A stretch of DNA of 64,000 nucleotides from Candidatus Heimdallarchaeum aukensis (GTDB lineage: Archaea; Asgardarchaeota; Heimdallarchaeia; Heimdallarchaeales; Heimdallarchaeaceae): assembly GCA_021513695.1 (NCBI GenBank), contig CP084166.1, positions 480,001 to 544,000 of the forward strand. Direction: 5' to 3'. How positions within the stretch are numbered: the first letter of the stretch is position 1; every line of letters starts with the position of its first letter. The position numbers were made by a program, and so were the translations under genes. The notes beneath the pieces are model-generated. The model worked only from the letters and a program-made list of their open reading frames with translations. It was not told the origin of the DNA and made no database searches. This document shows, piece after piece, positions 48,400 to 58,647 of the stretch.

Positions 48400-49512
48400 A
48401 TGGTATCGAGTGAGTTAGAATTATACATAAAAATAGCGCAAATAACTCTTATAACATTTATTCTTGCATACTTTATCTACAGAAGAATAAAAGATAAGAT
48501 TACTGGATTTAACTGGTTTATTTTCTTATTCATTTCAGCCTTAACTCAAGGTATTGTTGAAATGATTTTATATGGATTAACATCAAATGGTTCTATTTCA
48601 GAAAATTCTACTCTACAAGAAGTACATATCATTCCTTATGCAGTTGGGTTATTCACCTTATTCTTATATTGCGAACTAATAATGAGAGAAAGACCAAATG
48701 AGATATTATTGAGCTTTATGACTTTACTGATTGGAGCTTATTTAGCAACTTTTTCTCTAGAACTAGCTTTTAACTTAAATACAGATATCCTTCCTAAATA
48801 TCGTTTAAATAGATTAATTTTCAACATTTTCCAATTTTTTGTTCTATTGGAAGCAACACTAATGTTTGCACTGGATGCGAAGAGAGTTGAATATAAGAAA
48901 CTTAGAAGAATTTCTCTTGTTATAGCAATTGCAATAGGTACATCTGCAGTTTTTGCTTTCTTCAAAATATTGGAATACTGGGTTCTTCCTTTTTCCTTTT
49001 ATGGAGCGATACCTTATGGAATTTTATTTGGAGTTTTAGCAATTGAATTTATTGCCAATCCATTCTTTGTTTATTTGCTACCGTCAAGAATAAACAAAGT
49101 TGTAGTCATAGACGATTCTGGAGTTTTACTATTTGCTGTTAGAGTTGGAAAAGAAGAACCTGACATAATCGAAGACACATTACTTTCTGGAACACTTTCT
49201 GCTATGAAATCAGTAATAAAAGAAACAACAGGAACACAAACAGAACTTCAAAAAATAGAGTTCAGAGATAAATATATGATAGTTGCAGAGAATGAAGAAA
49301 AAACAATTTCTACGATTATTATATGCGACAGAGATTCATTTATGCTACAAACAGCAGCAAGACAATTTATCAACGCCTTTGCTAAAGAGTTTAAAGAACA
49401 TTTAGAAAAGTTTGATGGATCAATTGGTAGGTTTGGTGCTGCTACACATCTAGTGCGACGTATCTTTCCTTTTGTTCCACCTAAGGAAATAGTAGAAGTA
49501 AAAGAAAAGTAA
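48400..49512 (+). CDS. Polytopic membrane protein (about 7 TM) with a C-terminal cytoplasmic Roadblock/LC7 (MglB)-like domain. Paralog 1 of 3.
   Basis: N-terminal 230 aa are hydrophobic helices. The C-terminus VVVIDDSGVLLFAVRVG...LSGTLSAMKSVIKE...IEFRDKYMIVAENEEKTISTIIICD...AARQFINAF has the roadblock beta-alpha-beta-beta-alpha pattern. Same architecture as 51373-52479 and 57404-58516. Confidence 0.4.
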   Translation: MVSSELELYIKIAQITLITFILAYFIYRRIKDKITGFNWFIFLFISALTQGIVEMILYGLTSNGSISENSTLQEVHIIPYAVGLFTLFLYCELIMRERPNEILLSFMTLLIGAYLATFSLELAFNLNTDILPKYRLNRLIFNIFQFFVLLEATLMFALDAKRVEYKKLRRISLVIAIAIGTSAVFAFFKILEYWVLPFSFYGAIPYGILFGVLAIEFIANPFFVYLLPSRINKVVVIDDSGVLLFAVRVGKEEPDIIEDTLLSGTLSAMKSVIKETTGTQTELQKIEFRDKYMIVAENEEKTISTIIICDRDSFMLQTAARQFINAFAKEFKEHLEKFDGSIGRFGAATHLVRRIFPFVPPKEIVEVKEK

Positions 49513-49651
49513 TAAGTTAGGGTTCAATTCTCTTTTTTTTAGTTTCTCTTTTATTTGAATATTAATCAAAAAGTTGGAAGAAAAAAATAAATAGTTGTTT
49601 AAGAAGCTAGAGAATTAGCAAAACTTAATCATTAAAAAATTGTAGATAAAA

Positions 49652-50545
49652 ATGGAGATTGAAGAAAAAGATAAAGTAAAACATGCTAATAAGGATAAAG
49701 AGAATACGATATACGGAGATTTTAGATCTTTAGGTTTCCTATTTCTTTTTACAGTCTTAACGGCAACAATTCTTTCTCTCGTTGATTTTTCTGTCTTAAG
49801 TAATGCAAAATGGCTTTTATCCTTATTGTTTGTTGCAGATCTAATTTTGTTAATATTTATACTACTTGTTCATAGGAATTTTATAACTATAACAGGTTTC
49901 ATAATTACAGAACAATTAAAAGAGATGTTTATTCCAAAGAAAAGAAACAAAGAAAGATTTCTAAAAAAGATTAACAAGTGGAACAGAAAACAAAAATCAT
50001 ATATAAAAGATGCAAAAGAACTTAAAGAATTGATTCCAAAGCTTATTGGATTAACTCTAATTTATTATTTGCTTATTTTCACTATCTTGTTTGATCCCTC
50101 AGCACTAACAGGTTATGGAGCATATTTCACTGTTATGTATTGGGCTTTTATTCTCTTATATGCCTTTGTTTTTCTCTTCATTATGAGATTATTTAATAAA
50201 CATCCCTTAATTTCTGGAGGAATATTTTGGGGTCTAAATGGACTATCTGTTTTTGGTTTAAAAGTACTTAATCCTATTCCTTTGTCTTTATTACTTTATA
50301 TAGCTGGTAAGAAATCATCTGAAATGAATGATGCAATCATTAGCATTATGCAAAAAACATTAATTGCTAAATTTATTTTTGCAGTTTTAAATGTTGTTAG
50401 TGTAATTGGTATAATTGTTTATTCTTTTAGAAACGCAATGAACTTTAACTTTAGTCCAGACTTAATTGTTTTTAAAGAACAATCTGCAGAAGACAACAAG
50501 AAAGAATTTCGTGGAACTGATAACCAAATTAACAAAGAAGAATAG
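49652..50545 (+). CDS. Membrane protein, hypothetical.
   Basis: 297 aa with multiple hydrophobic segments. Ends 5 nt before the IS6-like insertion. Confidence 0.3.
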   Translation: MEIEEKDKVKHANKDKENTIYGDFRSLGFLFLFTVLTATILSLVDFSVLSNAKWLLSLLFVADLILLIFILLVHRNFITITGFIITEQLKEMFIPKKRNKERFLKKINKWNRKQKSYIKDAKELKELIPKLIGLTLIYYLLIFTILFDPSALTGYGAYFTVMYWAFILLYAFVFLFIMRLFNKHPLISGGIFWGLNGLSVFGLKVLNPIPLSLLLYIAGKKSSEMNDAIISIMQKTLIAKFIFAVLNVVSVIGIIVYSFRNAMNFNFSPDLIVFKEQSAEDNKKEFRGTDNQINKEE

Positions 50546-50557
50546 ATATTCGCTAGA

Positions 50558-51320
50558 GGTAGTGTCTAGTTTTCTTCCGACAAAAATATTTGTGGGGACT
50601 CTAATAGTAAGATATGAAAACACAAAAACTATCTACTCTTTTTAAGAGATGCAGAGTCCCCAAAAAGATAATAATAAAAGCGATTTATGAATATATTGGT
50701 TCAAAGAATGGTTTGAGGACAGTAGCATGGAAGAATGGTTTAACGCATCAAACATTATGGTATTGGGTAAAGAAGTTCAGGCTCTTTAGGGAAAGTTTAC
50801 ATAGAGTTGTAGCAGAAAGAGGGGGAATACCAGAGATTATAGTAGTTGATGAAACAGAGATTAAGACCTCTCAAGGCTCAATATATCTGTGGTTCGCGTT
50901 AGATCCTTACAACAAGACTTTACTGGGTTTTAGTATTACTAAAGGACGGAGTAATCTTGAATGTTTACTAACTTTCCGTTATTGGTTCAAATGTTGGGGT
51001 TTTAAGCCCCGTATTGTCGTTACAGATGCAGGGGTATGGTATCCTGTCTTACTTCGTCTCGGTATCAAAATCTCTGTTATCAAAGGTGGTTTACGCTCCT
51101 ATATTGAACGTTTTAATGCCACCCTTAAGAGTTATCATTGGTTTCATTCTATTCTTCACTGTACTTGTCCTATCCGTGCCGTCTATGGCTCTACTCATCT
51201 TTCTGGTTTCCTTACTCTCTTTATGCTCCATTTTAATTTCGTTCGTCCTCATCAGAGCTTGGGACATCCTCCCCTTAGTTCTTTTTTACCTAGGAGGTGG
51301 TATAAAAACTAGACACTACC
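50558..51320 (+). mobile_element. Intact IS6-family-like insertion sequence (about 763 bp) with 16-bp perfect terminal inverted repeats and a flanking direct repeat.
   Basis: IRL GGTAGTGTCTAGTTTT at 50558-50573. IRR AAAACTAGACACTACC at 51305-51320. Flanked on both sides by ATTCGCTAGA (50548-50557 and 51321-51330), consistent with a target-site duplication. Higher GC than the surroundings. Confidence 0.7.
50614..51312 (+). CDS. DDE transposase, IS6-family-like.
   Basis: 232 aa. IIVVDETEIK (D), IVVTDAGVWY (D), YIERFNATLK (E), C-terminal FNFVRPHQSLG. The overlapping ORF 51014-51382 is rejected. Confidence 0.6.
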   Translation: MKTQKLSTLFKRCRVPKKIIIKAIYEYIGSKNGLRTVAWKNGLTHQTLWYWVKKFRLFRESLHRVVAERGGIPEIIVVDETEIKTSQGSIYLWFALDPYNKTLLGFSITKGRSNLECLLTFRYWFKCWGFKPRIVVTDAGVWYPVLLRLGIKISVIKGGLRSYIERFNATLKSYHWFHSILHCTCPIRAVYGSTHLSGFLTLFMLHFNFVRPHQSLGHPPLSSFLPRRWYKN

Positions 51321-51372
51321 ATTCGCTAGAACTATCAAAGTTTTTAAATAAGTACTTCTTCCTTTTTCTAAT

Positions 51373-52479
51373 ATGGATTTAAATTTTGTAGTTTCACTTA
51401 CTATCGCAATTTTCATGTTTATTTTAGGAATTATTTTCATAGTTCAATCAATAATTAAGAAAAGAACAGCGTACGTTTTTACTTCTTCAATGTTTATAGG
51501 GATGATTGCTTCTCTTATAGAAGTCTTTAGAGTAAGTAAATTACCTAATTTGGATTTTAATTCAAGCGTTTTACTTGTAATTCATTTATCATTTTGGTGC
51601 TTGATGTATCTACTTTCTTTGATTTTCTTCATTCAGCTTGAAAAAGAAAAAATCTTATCCTATATACTTCCAGTCGTCATGATTATTTATGTTCTACACA
51701 TAACTTTCGGGATTTTTTGGATTTACTCTGGTTCTTTTCCTGATCAAGCTCAGTCAACAATAACTATGTTATGGGACTTAACTTACGCTCTCATGGGAAT
51801 ACTCACTTTCTCTTACGGTGCTTATGTCCATTTTAAAACTGGAATAAAAGCACATGAAAAAGAAGGTTATTTGTTAGGAGGAGCACTCATTTTAATAAGT
51901 ATTGGCTTCCTTTTGGGTTTCATTAAAGATTTAGGTGTAAAAGTTGATATTCAAAGTATTCCTGTTGGAGAAGTACTTAAATTAATAGGTATTTTCACCT
52001 TTATTATATTCTACATTGCAAAACCAGATTACATCTTCAGATTACCTTTCCAAATTACTTCAGTTCTTGTATTTAACAGACTTGGAATGTTAATCTATTC
52101 AGCACAATATTTGACTGAAGATGGTGATGAGGAAATAGATCCTGATGATACATCGATGGAGCTAATTACTGCAGCAGTAAATGCATTTTCAACCTTTATG
52201 AAAGAAACAACTGGAAGCGAAGAACCTCTAAAAAGAGTAAAAACAGGAGATAAACTTCTGATAGTAGAACAAGGAGATAAATGTTCTATAGCAATAATCT
52301 CTACCTCTTCTAGTTATTTCATGATACAAAGCATGAGGAAAGTAATTAAGGAACTAGAAAAGAGATATGAAAAAGAACTAGAACTTGATTATACTGACTC
52401 TACCTTTTTCAATGAAGTACCGAAACTTATTTCCTACTCTTTTCCATTCTTGGGAATACCAAAAAAAGAATTGTATTAA
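51373..52479 (+). CDS. Polytopic membrane protein with a C-terminal Roadblock/LC7-like domain. Paralog 2.
   Basis: Same N-TM / C-roadblock-like architecture (…VLVFNRLGMLIYSAQYL…LITAAVNAFSTFMKE…VKTGDKLLIVEQGDKCSIAIIS…). Confidence 0.4.
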   Translation: MDLNFVVSLTIAIFMFILGIIFIVQSIIKKRTAYVFTSSMFIGMIASLIEVFRVSKLPNLDFNSSVLLVIHLSFWCLMYLLSLIFFIQLEKEKILSYILPVVMIIYVLHITFGIFWIYSGSFPDQAQSTITMLWDLTYALMGILTFSYGAYVHFKTGIKAHEKEGYLLGGALILISIGFLLGFIKDLGVKVDIQSIPVGEVLKLIGIFTFIIFYIAKPDYIFRLPFQITSVLVFNRLGMLIYSAQYLTEDGDEEIDPDDTSMELITAAVNAFSTFMKETTGSEEPLKRVKTGDKLLIVEQGDKCSIAIISTSSSYFMIQSMRKVIKELEKRYEKELELDYTDSTFFNEVPKLISYSFPFLGIPKKELY

Positions 52480-52495
52480 AAAAAATCTTTTTTTT

Positions 52496-53617
52496 CTATT
52501 CTTCTTCTTTTTCAAAAGGAAAGACATAATTTAGTTTAAGATCATCGCGTAAAAAGATTAGGTCTCGAGCAATACTATCATTAATTGGTACACCATGCTC
52601 TCTTACTCTCTTTTCTGCTTCGTATTCTTTTTCTCCAGCAGTATAAATTCTTGATTCACCAGGAGCTTTTTTAGAGTTCCTGAGCTCTCTACATATCGAA
52701 CCAGAAATCTTTTTGAAAATATTTACATCAATAAAATGTTCTACGTTTATCGCAATAAAGAAATGACCAATCATAAAGTGCCTAAAAGAACCATCTTCGT
52801 TCAACCCACTTAAATCCTTTAGGAATTTTCCGTTCTGTAAAGCTGAAGATAATATCTCTACAACAGTAGAATAACCATACCCTTTATGTCCAGATAATTC
52901 TTCTCCCTTTCCTCCAAGAGGTAAAAGTGCAGCCTTTCCATTCACAAAATCAGAGATGAGCTGCTCAGCATCAGTTCTATACTCTCCAGTTTCAGTGTCT
53001 ATTACACAACCTAAAGGAAGATCTTTATTTTCCCGAGCATAAACTTCAACTTTTCCTCTTTGAATAATAGATGTAGCACAATCCAAAACAAAAGGAAAAG
53101 CTTCATCAGTAGGTATACCAAAAGTCAAAGGATTAGTGCCTAACATAGGCTCAACACCAAAAGTAGGTGCAACAGCAGGACGAGCATTTGTACCAGTAAT
53201 CCCTATACAGTTCTCTTTTACAGCCATAAGAGCATAATAACCAGCAATACCATAATGAGTACCATTACGAACAACAACCATACCTATACCAAACTTCTTA
53301 GCCTTAGAAATAGCAAGCTCCATAGCTTTATAGGAAATATAATGACCATTACCATGATGGGCATCAATAACAGCAATAGCATCTTTATCTTTAACAATTT
53401 CATATTTGCTAATAAGATGTTGCTTTCTCTTAATACGGTCATAATAATATTTTAATCGCTGAACACCATGACTTGTTATCCCGCGAAGATCTGACTCAAT
53501 TAAAACATCAGCACTAACTTGAGCTTCCTCAACAGGATAACCCAAAGAAACAAAAACATCTCGAATAAAATCATGCAATAAATCAACTGAAACATATTTC
53601 TGATTGGAATCTGTCAT
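52496..53617 (-). CDS. Ldh_2-family (malate/L-lactate/L-sulfolactate dehydrogenase type 2) oxidoreductase.
   Basis: 373 aa. HHGNGHYISYKAMELAISKAKKFGIGMVVVRNGTHYGIAGYYA matches the Ldh_2 family core. Confidence 0.55.
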   Translation of the reverse strand: MTDSNQKYVSVDLLHDFIRDVFVSLGYPVEEAQVSADVLIESDLRGITSHGVQRLKYYYDRIKRKQHLISKYEIVKDKDAIAVIDAHHGNGHYISYKAMELAISKAKKFGIGMVVVRNGTHYGIAGYYALMAVKENCIGITGTNARPAVAPTFGVEPMLGTNPLTFGIPTDEAFPFVLDCATSIIQRGKVEVYARENKDLPLGCVIDTETGEYRTDAEQLISDFVNGKAALLPLGGKGEELSGHKGYGYSTVVEILSSALQNGKFLKDLSGLNEDGSFRHFMIGHFFIAINVEHFIDVNIFKKISGSICRELRNSKKAPGESRIYTAGEKEYEAEKRVREHGVPINDSIARDLIFLRDDLKLNYVFPFEKEEE

Positions 53618-53959
53618 CTCATTCTTAACTTAAAATTAGTCAATATAAATATTGTTTAAAATAGAAAAAAAATAAAAGAAATTCAAAAAATAAATTTCCA
53701 AAAAAAATTATCTGTATTATCTTTACATTGCTAAATTAAATATAAAATATCCATACAAATAGTTTTTTAGATACTACAACAGAATATCGCATTTATTATC
53801 ATTTATAAAGAAGTAGCATTTTTAAAGAAATTTTTTTTTTGTTTTTTTTTGAAGCATACTGTTTTGCAAAAAAATGTAGAAAATGATAAATAAATCTTTG
53901 AAACAACTAAATAAAAAACTTGAAACATAACAATTAACATTTACTTTTTTGAGAAAAAG

Positions 53960-54523
53960 TTATGATTTTTTCATTTCAAGCTGATTTACCAACCATGTAA
54001 ATGCTTCGTTTACTCCTGTTCCGTTTATTGCACTGCAGTCAAACACTGCAAAAGTTCTATCTTTCATTTCTAAATGTAGTCCTAGCAATTGTATTAGCAT
54101 TGGTGCTTGTATTGATTCTGGTAGATCTTGTTTATTTGCTATTATCAGGCAAGGTATTTTTTCTAAATACGGATTGTTAAATACATGAACTTTTAATATA
54201 TCTCTCGCTTCTGGCAATCTTTCTATATCTGCTGCATCTATTACAAATATTACTGCTGAACTTCCTGGGTAATGCACTTCCCATAGAAATCTGAACTGTT
54301 TTTGTCCTGCTACATCTACTATAGTAATATTCCAATCTGCAAAGTTTACTGTATCTATGTTTTGTCCTATTGTTGGTACTGTATCTTGAAAGTCTCCTGT
54401 GTTTACATATTTCATTAATGTAGTCTTACCTGCTGAATCTAAGCCTAAAACGATAATTTTAGCCTTTTTTTCTGATTTAAGTTTTTTCCTTAACCAAGAA
54501 GAAAACGATAGTTTAGAGCTCAT
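53960..54523 (-). CDS. Arf/Sar/Arl-like small GTPase.
   Basis: N-terminal amphipathic helix. G1 LGLDSAGKTTL, G3 VDVAGQKQFRFLWEVHY (Arf WDVGGQ...LWRHY pattern), G4 IANKQDLP. 187 aa. Confidence 0.7.
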   Translation of the reverse strand: MSSKLSFSSWLRKKLKSEKKAKIIVLGLDSAGKTTLMKYVNTGDFQDTVPTIGQNIDTVNFADWNITIVDVAGQKQFRFLWEVHYPGSSAVIFVIDAADIERLPEARDILKVHVFNNPYLEKIPCLIIANKQDLPESIQAPMLIQLLGLHLEMKDRTFAVFDCSAINGTGVNEAFTWLVNQLEMKKS

Positions 54524-54615
54524 TGTGTATTATTTCTTTATTCTAATTACCCATTAATAAAAATTGTCTAAGTCTTCAACAATAAAAAAAGAAAGTGATA
54601 AATCTTAAAAAAAAA

Positions 54616-56808
54616 TTATTGGTGTTTCTTTGCTAATTCTATTAGTTCAGGAAAGTCCATTCCTAGTTCTTTTAATTTTTCTATAGTAGGTACACCGTTT
54701 TCTGTCCATCCTCTTCTTTCATATACAGCTTTTTTCAACTTTTCATACCTTTCTTCTCTGTATTTTCTTATTGCGGCCATCTTTTCTTCTACTGTCATGT
54801 TTGTTGGATCTACACCTACTTTTTCTTTTAGTTCTTTAAGGTAGTATTTGTCTTCTCTGGACAGGTATTCTTCTTTTGTTACTGGACCCATAGCTCTAAA
54901 GGGTATAGTGTCTAATTCTTTGTAAGTTACACCTTCTGGAATGAAAAGTAAATTCATTACTCTTTGGAAGTTATAGACTCTTTCACTCATTTTAATATAT
55001 TCTCTAGAATCTATATTATTACCTGTTACACTATTGAAGTATTGGACATAATTTAGAACGTGTTCTGGCACTTTTGCAGGGTCGGCTAGATCTTCAGGAA
55101 CAGTCATTCCATGCTTTTCTATCTTTCCTTCTGCAAATTCTTTATTATCTTCTGGAACAATATCGTTCCAAGGTAACTTACATAGACCTAATAGTCCAAA
55201 GGAAGTTCTCCACATTGGGAACCACCATAGAGCTTCTGCTTTTTGTTCGAAAGTGGGCATAAAGTTATGCACCATGTCTAGAAAGATTAACCATGCTTCA
55301 TCGTGCTGTGGTCCCTTGAGTGTAAGACCATATCCTCCTTGTTGTGCAAGTGACTCTTTTGTCATATATTCGCTAAATTCTAGACCTTTAGATTCCATTC
55401 CTATATCGTCCAAAAGTTTGGCTTCTTCCTCACTCAAGTTAAACTCTTTCTTGAAGTACTCTTTCATGTATCTAATTCCTTTACCGAATATTTTACCGAA
55501 CCCATCTCCTTTTGCTACTTGGTGAATAACTTCCATTGCTCCTTCAAAATTGCCCCAAGAGAGATCTATTCCTCCAGTTCTTTCTTTGTTTAATATTCCG
55601 TATTCGTAGCACTCCATACAGAAGGCCATACCTGTTCCTACACTAATAGTATCTAAACCATAGTTATCACAATAGAAATTAACTTCAATAACATGGTCTG
55701 GGTCCCACATGTACCAGTTAGAACCTACTCCAGCAGCTGTTTCATATTCTGGACCGTCGACAGTTACTTTTTGACCTTTGTATGGTCCAGTTTTACATTC
55801 AAAACTACTCACACCATGAGTACATCCTACTGTACATCCTTTCCAACATGGGTCTGGTCCTTTTTCAAATCTCTTATAATAAGCTTCTTTACCTATTTTT
55901 TCTGCTTGTGGGTCAGAACCAAATTTGAAGTTCTTTGTTGGTAAAAGGTCAAAATCATTCATTATTGGAATCAAATGTATAGTTCCAATATTTCTCATAT
56001 CGTTTTGCTTTGGATCGAGTTCAGTTATTTCTTTACTGTGTCTCTTGGCTACTTCTTTCTCTGCTTCAGGATTAGCAGGATTGTTAGATTTGACGTTAAC
56101 ATTGCTTTTTCTTACAACTAGAGCTTTTATTTTCTTATTTCTAAATACAGTTCCTGTTCCTCCTCTTCCGGCTTGTTTATATCTTACATATCCTCTTTTA
56201 CCGTCAAACCAACTGAAATTTAAGCAACCCATATAAGCATTTTCTGCTCCAGGACCTGCAGATACAACAGAAATATTTCTTTTATCTTTTTCATCTACTG
56301 CATATCTCTCAGTAAGTATTTTTCCTATCTGAAAAGTTTCTGAAGGTAAATCTTCTGCTTCTTCGATGATTATTTTTCCATTATCTCCATCAATAAAAAT
56401 GACTAATTCTTTTTCTGCTTTACCTTGAATGGCCATAGCATCGAAACCTGCAAATTTGAGAAAAGGACCAAAATATCCTCCAACGTTTGAATCAACCAAA
56501 ATACCAGTTAATGGAGAAATGGCTGTTACAATACTTTTACCTGAACCAGGATAGTTGGTTGTTCCACCTAATGGTCCAGAAGCTATACAAAGAACATTAT
56601 CTGGGTCATCCCATTTTACTTTTTTGTCTTTAGGAATATATTTCCAAGTTAGCCAAAGATCAAATCCCCTTCCACCTATGAATTTTTCTTTCATTTCTTC
56701 TGTAACATCTTCTATTTTTGCTTCTAACGTTTCTAAATTAATGTACAATGTTTTGTTAGCATATCCTTTATCTATTACTGGAACTTCATAATTTATCTCT
56801 TTAATCAT
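54616..56808 (-). CDS. aor: Aldehyde:ferredoxin oxidoreductase (AOR) family tungstopterin enzyme.
   Basis: N-terminal AOR domain (INLETLEAKIEDVTEEMKEKFIGGRGFDLWL), characteristic internal Cys/Glu/His-rich pterin and 4Fe-4S binding regions. 730 aa. Confidence 0.7.
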   Translation of the reverse strand: MIKEINYEVPVIDKGYANKTLYINLETLEAKIEDVTEEMKEKFIGGRGFDLWLTWKYIPKDKKVKWDDPDNVLCIASGPLGGTTNYPGSGKSIVTAISPLTGILVDSNVGGYFGPFLKFAGFDAMAIQGKAEKELVIFIDGDNGKIIIEEAEDLPSETFQIGKILTERYAVDEKDKRNISVVSAGPGAENAYMGCLNFSWFDGKRGYVRYKQAGRGGTGTVFRNKKIKALVVRKSNVNVKSNNPANPEAEKEVAKRHSKEITELDPKQNDMRNIGTIHLIPIMNDFDLLPTKNFKFGSDPQAEKIGKEAYYKRFEKGPDPCWKGCTVGCTHGVSSFECKTGPYKGQKVTVDGPEYETAAGVGSNWYMWDPDHVIEVNFYCDNYGLDTISVGTGMAFCMECYEYGILNKERTGGIDLSWGNFEGAMEVIHQVAKGDGFGKIFGKGIRYMKEYFKKEFNLSEEEAKLLDDIGMESKGLEFSEYMTKESLAQQGGYGLTLKGPQHDEAWLIFLDMVHNFMPTFEQKAEALWWFPMWRTSFGLLGLCKLPWNDIVPEDNKEFAEGKIEKHGMTVPEDLADPAKVPEHVLNYVQYFNSVTGNNIDSREYIKMSERVYNFQRVMNLLFIPEGVTYKELDTIPFRAMGPVTKEEYLSREDKYYLKELKEKVGVDPTNMTVEEKMAAIRKYREERYEKLKKAVYERRGWTENGVPTIEKLKELGMDFPELIELAKKHQ

Positions 56809-56928
56809 ATTAATACACCCGAGAATATCGTTATAAATACGAAAAAAATCAACTATATAATTTTAACTCTATCTCGTCAAGTATTAAAGAAAACTAACTT
56901 TTTCTTTTAACTAAAAAGAAAGTTAACT

Positions 56929-57348
56929 TTACGAAGAATTATCAATCTTAAATTTATTAGCATTTTTGGGTTCGTGTCCAGCTTCAAAAGATTGTATCTC
57001 AAGAGTATATCTGTCAGGATCATTAAAGAAGATGTTATAAATTTGATATTTTTCGTACATACTAGGCTCTTTAGTTAGATTGACACCTTTCTCTTTAAGG
57101 TATTTCGCCCAAAGATTCACTTCATCTGGTGTTTCAACAACTAATGTTAAACATGTTTTCTCAGGATTTGAAATTTCTTCACTTGTTTCACAGAATCCCC
57201 AGTAACCATTTGAACCTATGTTATAAATTATACAGTTTGTCTGCTCTAAGGCAACTTCAAGTTCTAATAGACCAGAATAGAACTTTTTATTTTCTTCTAA
57301 ATTTTTTGTTTTCAAAAAGGTAATAGGATAAATAATTTTTGGAAGCAT
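56929..57348 (-). CDS. Small VOC/glyoxalase-like protein (tentative).
   Basis: 139 aa. beta-alpha-beta-beta-beta-like pattern (ITFLKTKNLEENKKFYSGLLELEV...). Weak call. Confidence 0.25.
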   Translation of the reverse strand: MLPKIIYPITFLKTKNLEENKKFYSGLLELEVALEQTNCIIYNIGSNGYWGFCETSEEISNPEKTCLTLVVETPDEVNLWAKYLKEKGVNLTKEPSMYEKYQIYNIFFNDPDRYTLEIQSFEAGHEPKNANKFKIDNSS

Positions 57349-57403
57349 ATATTAAATAAGTTATTCTTCTTTTAAAAATTTCTTGAGAATGTATGGATTT
57401 TTT

Positions 57404-58516
57404 TCAAACTCCAACTGTTAGTTTTGATTCATCTACAAATGGGAAGTACAATGGAATGTATTTCACTGCATCATCGAAAACAGAGGCATCTCCGCTAAAA
57501 CATACAATCTGCTCTCTAAACATTGAATTAAACTTGTTTACAAAATGTTCAAGTGAAGTGTCAAATATCCTTACCCTTCTATCAACTATTAACACTCCGA
57601 TAATATCATCTTTCTCTTTGGTTATCATGACTCTATCTTTTAGTTCAACACATTTTAATAACTGATAGGATGAATTGGTTACTTCAGAAATAAAATGAGC
57701 AAAAGCGTTAATCATTCCCCCAATTAACAAACCCTCTGATTCTTTTTTAGAATAGTTTGAAGCAGAGAAAAGAGTTGTTCCATTTTTATTAATTATTAAG
57801 AAGTTAAAAATCTCTGCAGAAGTGAATAAGACAAATTTAGGGTCAATTAAATAAATGACCAAAGTTACACCGAGAGCTAACCCAAAACCTATAGCACCAT
57901 ATGTTTCTAAAGGAACTACATGTTCCAAAAATTCCAAAATAGCCACTATAAAAGCTATAAAGAAGCTTATCCATAATAGTAATGTATGATATTGAGCTTT
58001 TTTACCTACACTCTTAACAAAGGTAAAAGTTATTCCTACTAAACATACTGTAACAACATATAGTTGAAAAAAATCTAAAAACCAAATATATAAACAGTCA
58101 TTCTTTGTTGGAACCTTCAAATTCGTAGAGATCGGGGGTAAATCAAAGAAAATATTTATCAAATAAGTAACAAATAAAGAAAAAATAATAATGTAACCTG
58201 CTTGAACTACTCTACGATCCCAAGCGTTGAAGTTACTAAAATGTATTAAAATATATAGAAATACAAGAGCATAAGGAATAATCTCTAAAGAAGGTAAATA
58301 ACTATTTTCTAAATATGCCCACTGATAACCTGCTACACGGGCAAAATAGAAAAAGAATTCTACTACACTTTGTATAATCGCCAGAATTAATGCAGCAATT
58401 AAATTTTTATAACCTTGAACTTTGTTTACTGTGCTCCGATAAGAAAAAACACCTAACATAATCAAAATAATAACAACTTGAAATAGTTTGAATATCGCTT
58501 GGCTTAGAGTTTCCAA
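57404..58516 (-). CDS. Polytopic membrane protein with a C-terminal Roadblock/LC7-like domain. Paralog 3.
   Basis: Same architecture. C-terminus …FLIINKNGTTLFSASNY…LIGGMINAFAHFISE…VELKDRVMITKEKDDIIGVLIVD…. Confidence 0.4.
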   Translation of the reverse strand: METLSQAIFKLFQVVIILIMLGVFSYRSTVNKVQGYKNLIAALILAIIQSVVEFFFYFARVAGYQWAYLENSYLPSLEIIPYALVFLYILIHFSNFNAWDRRVVQAGYIIIFSLFVTYLINIFFDLPPISTNLKVPTKNDCLYIWFLDFFQLYVVTVCLVGITFTFVKSVGKKAQYHTLLLWISFFIAFIVAILEFLEHVVPLETYGAIGFGLALGVTLVIYLIDPKFVLFTSAEIFNFLIINKNGTTLFSASNYSKKESEGLLIGGMINAFAHFISEVTNSSYQLLKCVELKDRVMITKEKDDIIGVLIVDRRVRIFDTSLEHFVNKFNSMFREQIVCFSGDASVFDDAVKYIPLYFPFVDESKLTVGV

Positions 58517-58647
58517 AGTAAATCAATTAATTGATTATATTTCTATTATATTAAATTTATGTAAAAATGCCAAAGTTACATTTTAGAAAAGATATTGAAA
58601 AAATATACTAAAACTTCTTGAATTACATATTTTTCTTTAATGAGATA

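Noticed and set aside
51014-51382. 122-aa ORF overlapping the 3' half of the IS6-like transposase.
   Set aside because: Alternative frame of the transposase gene. It is hydrophobic and low-complexity, and extends across the IRR. Most likely spurious.
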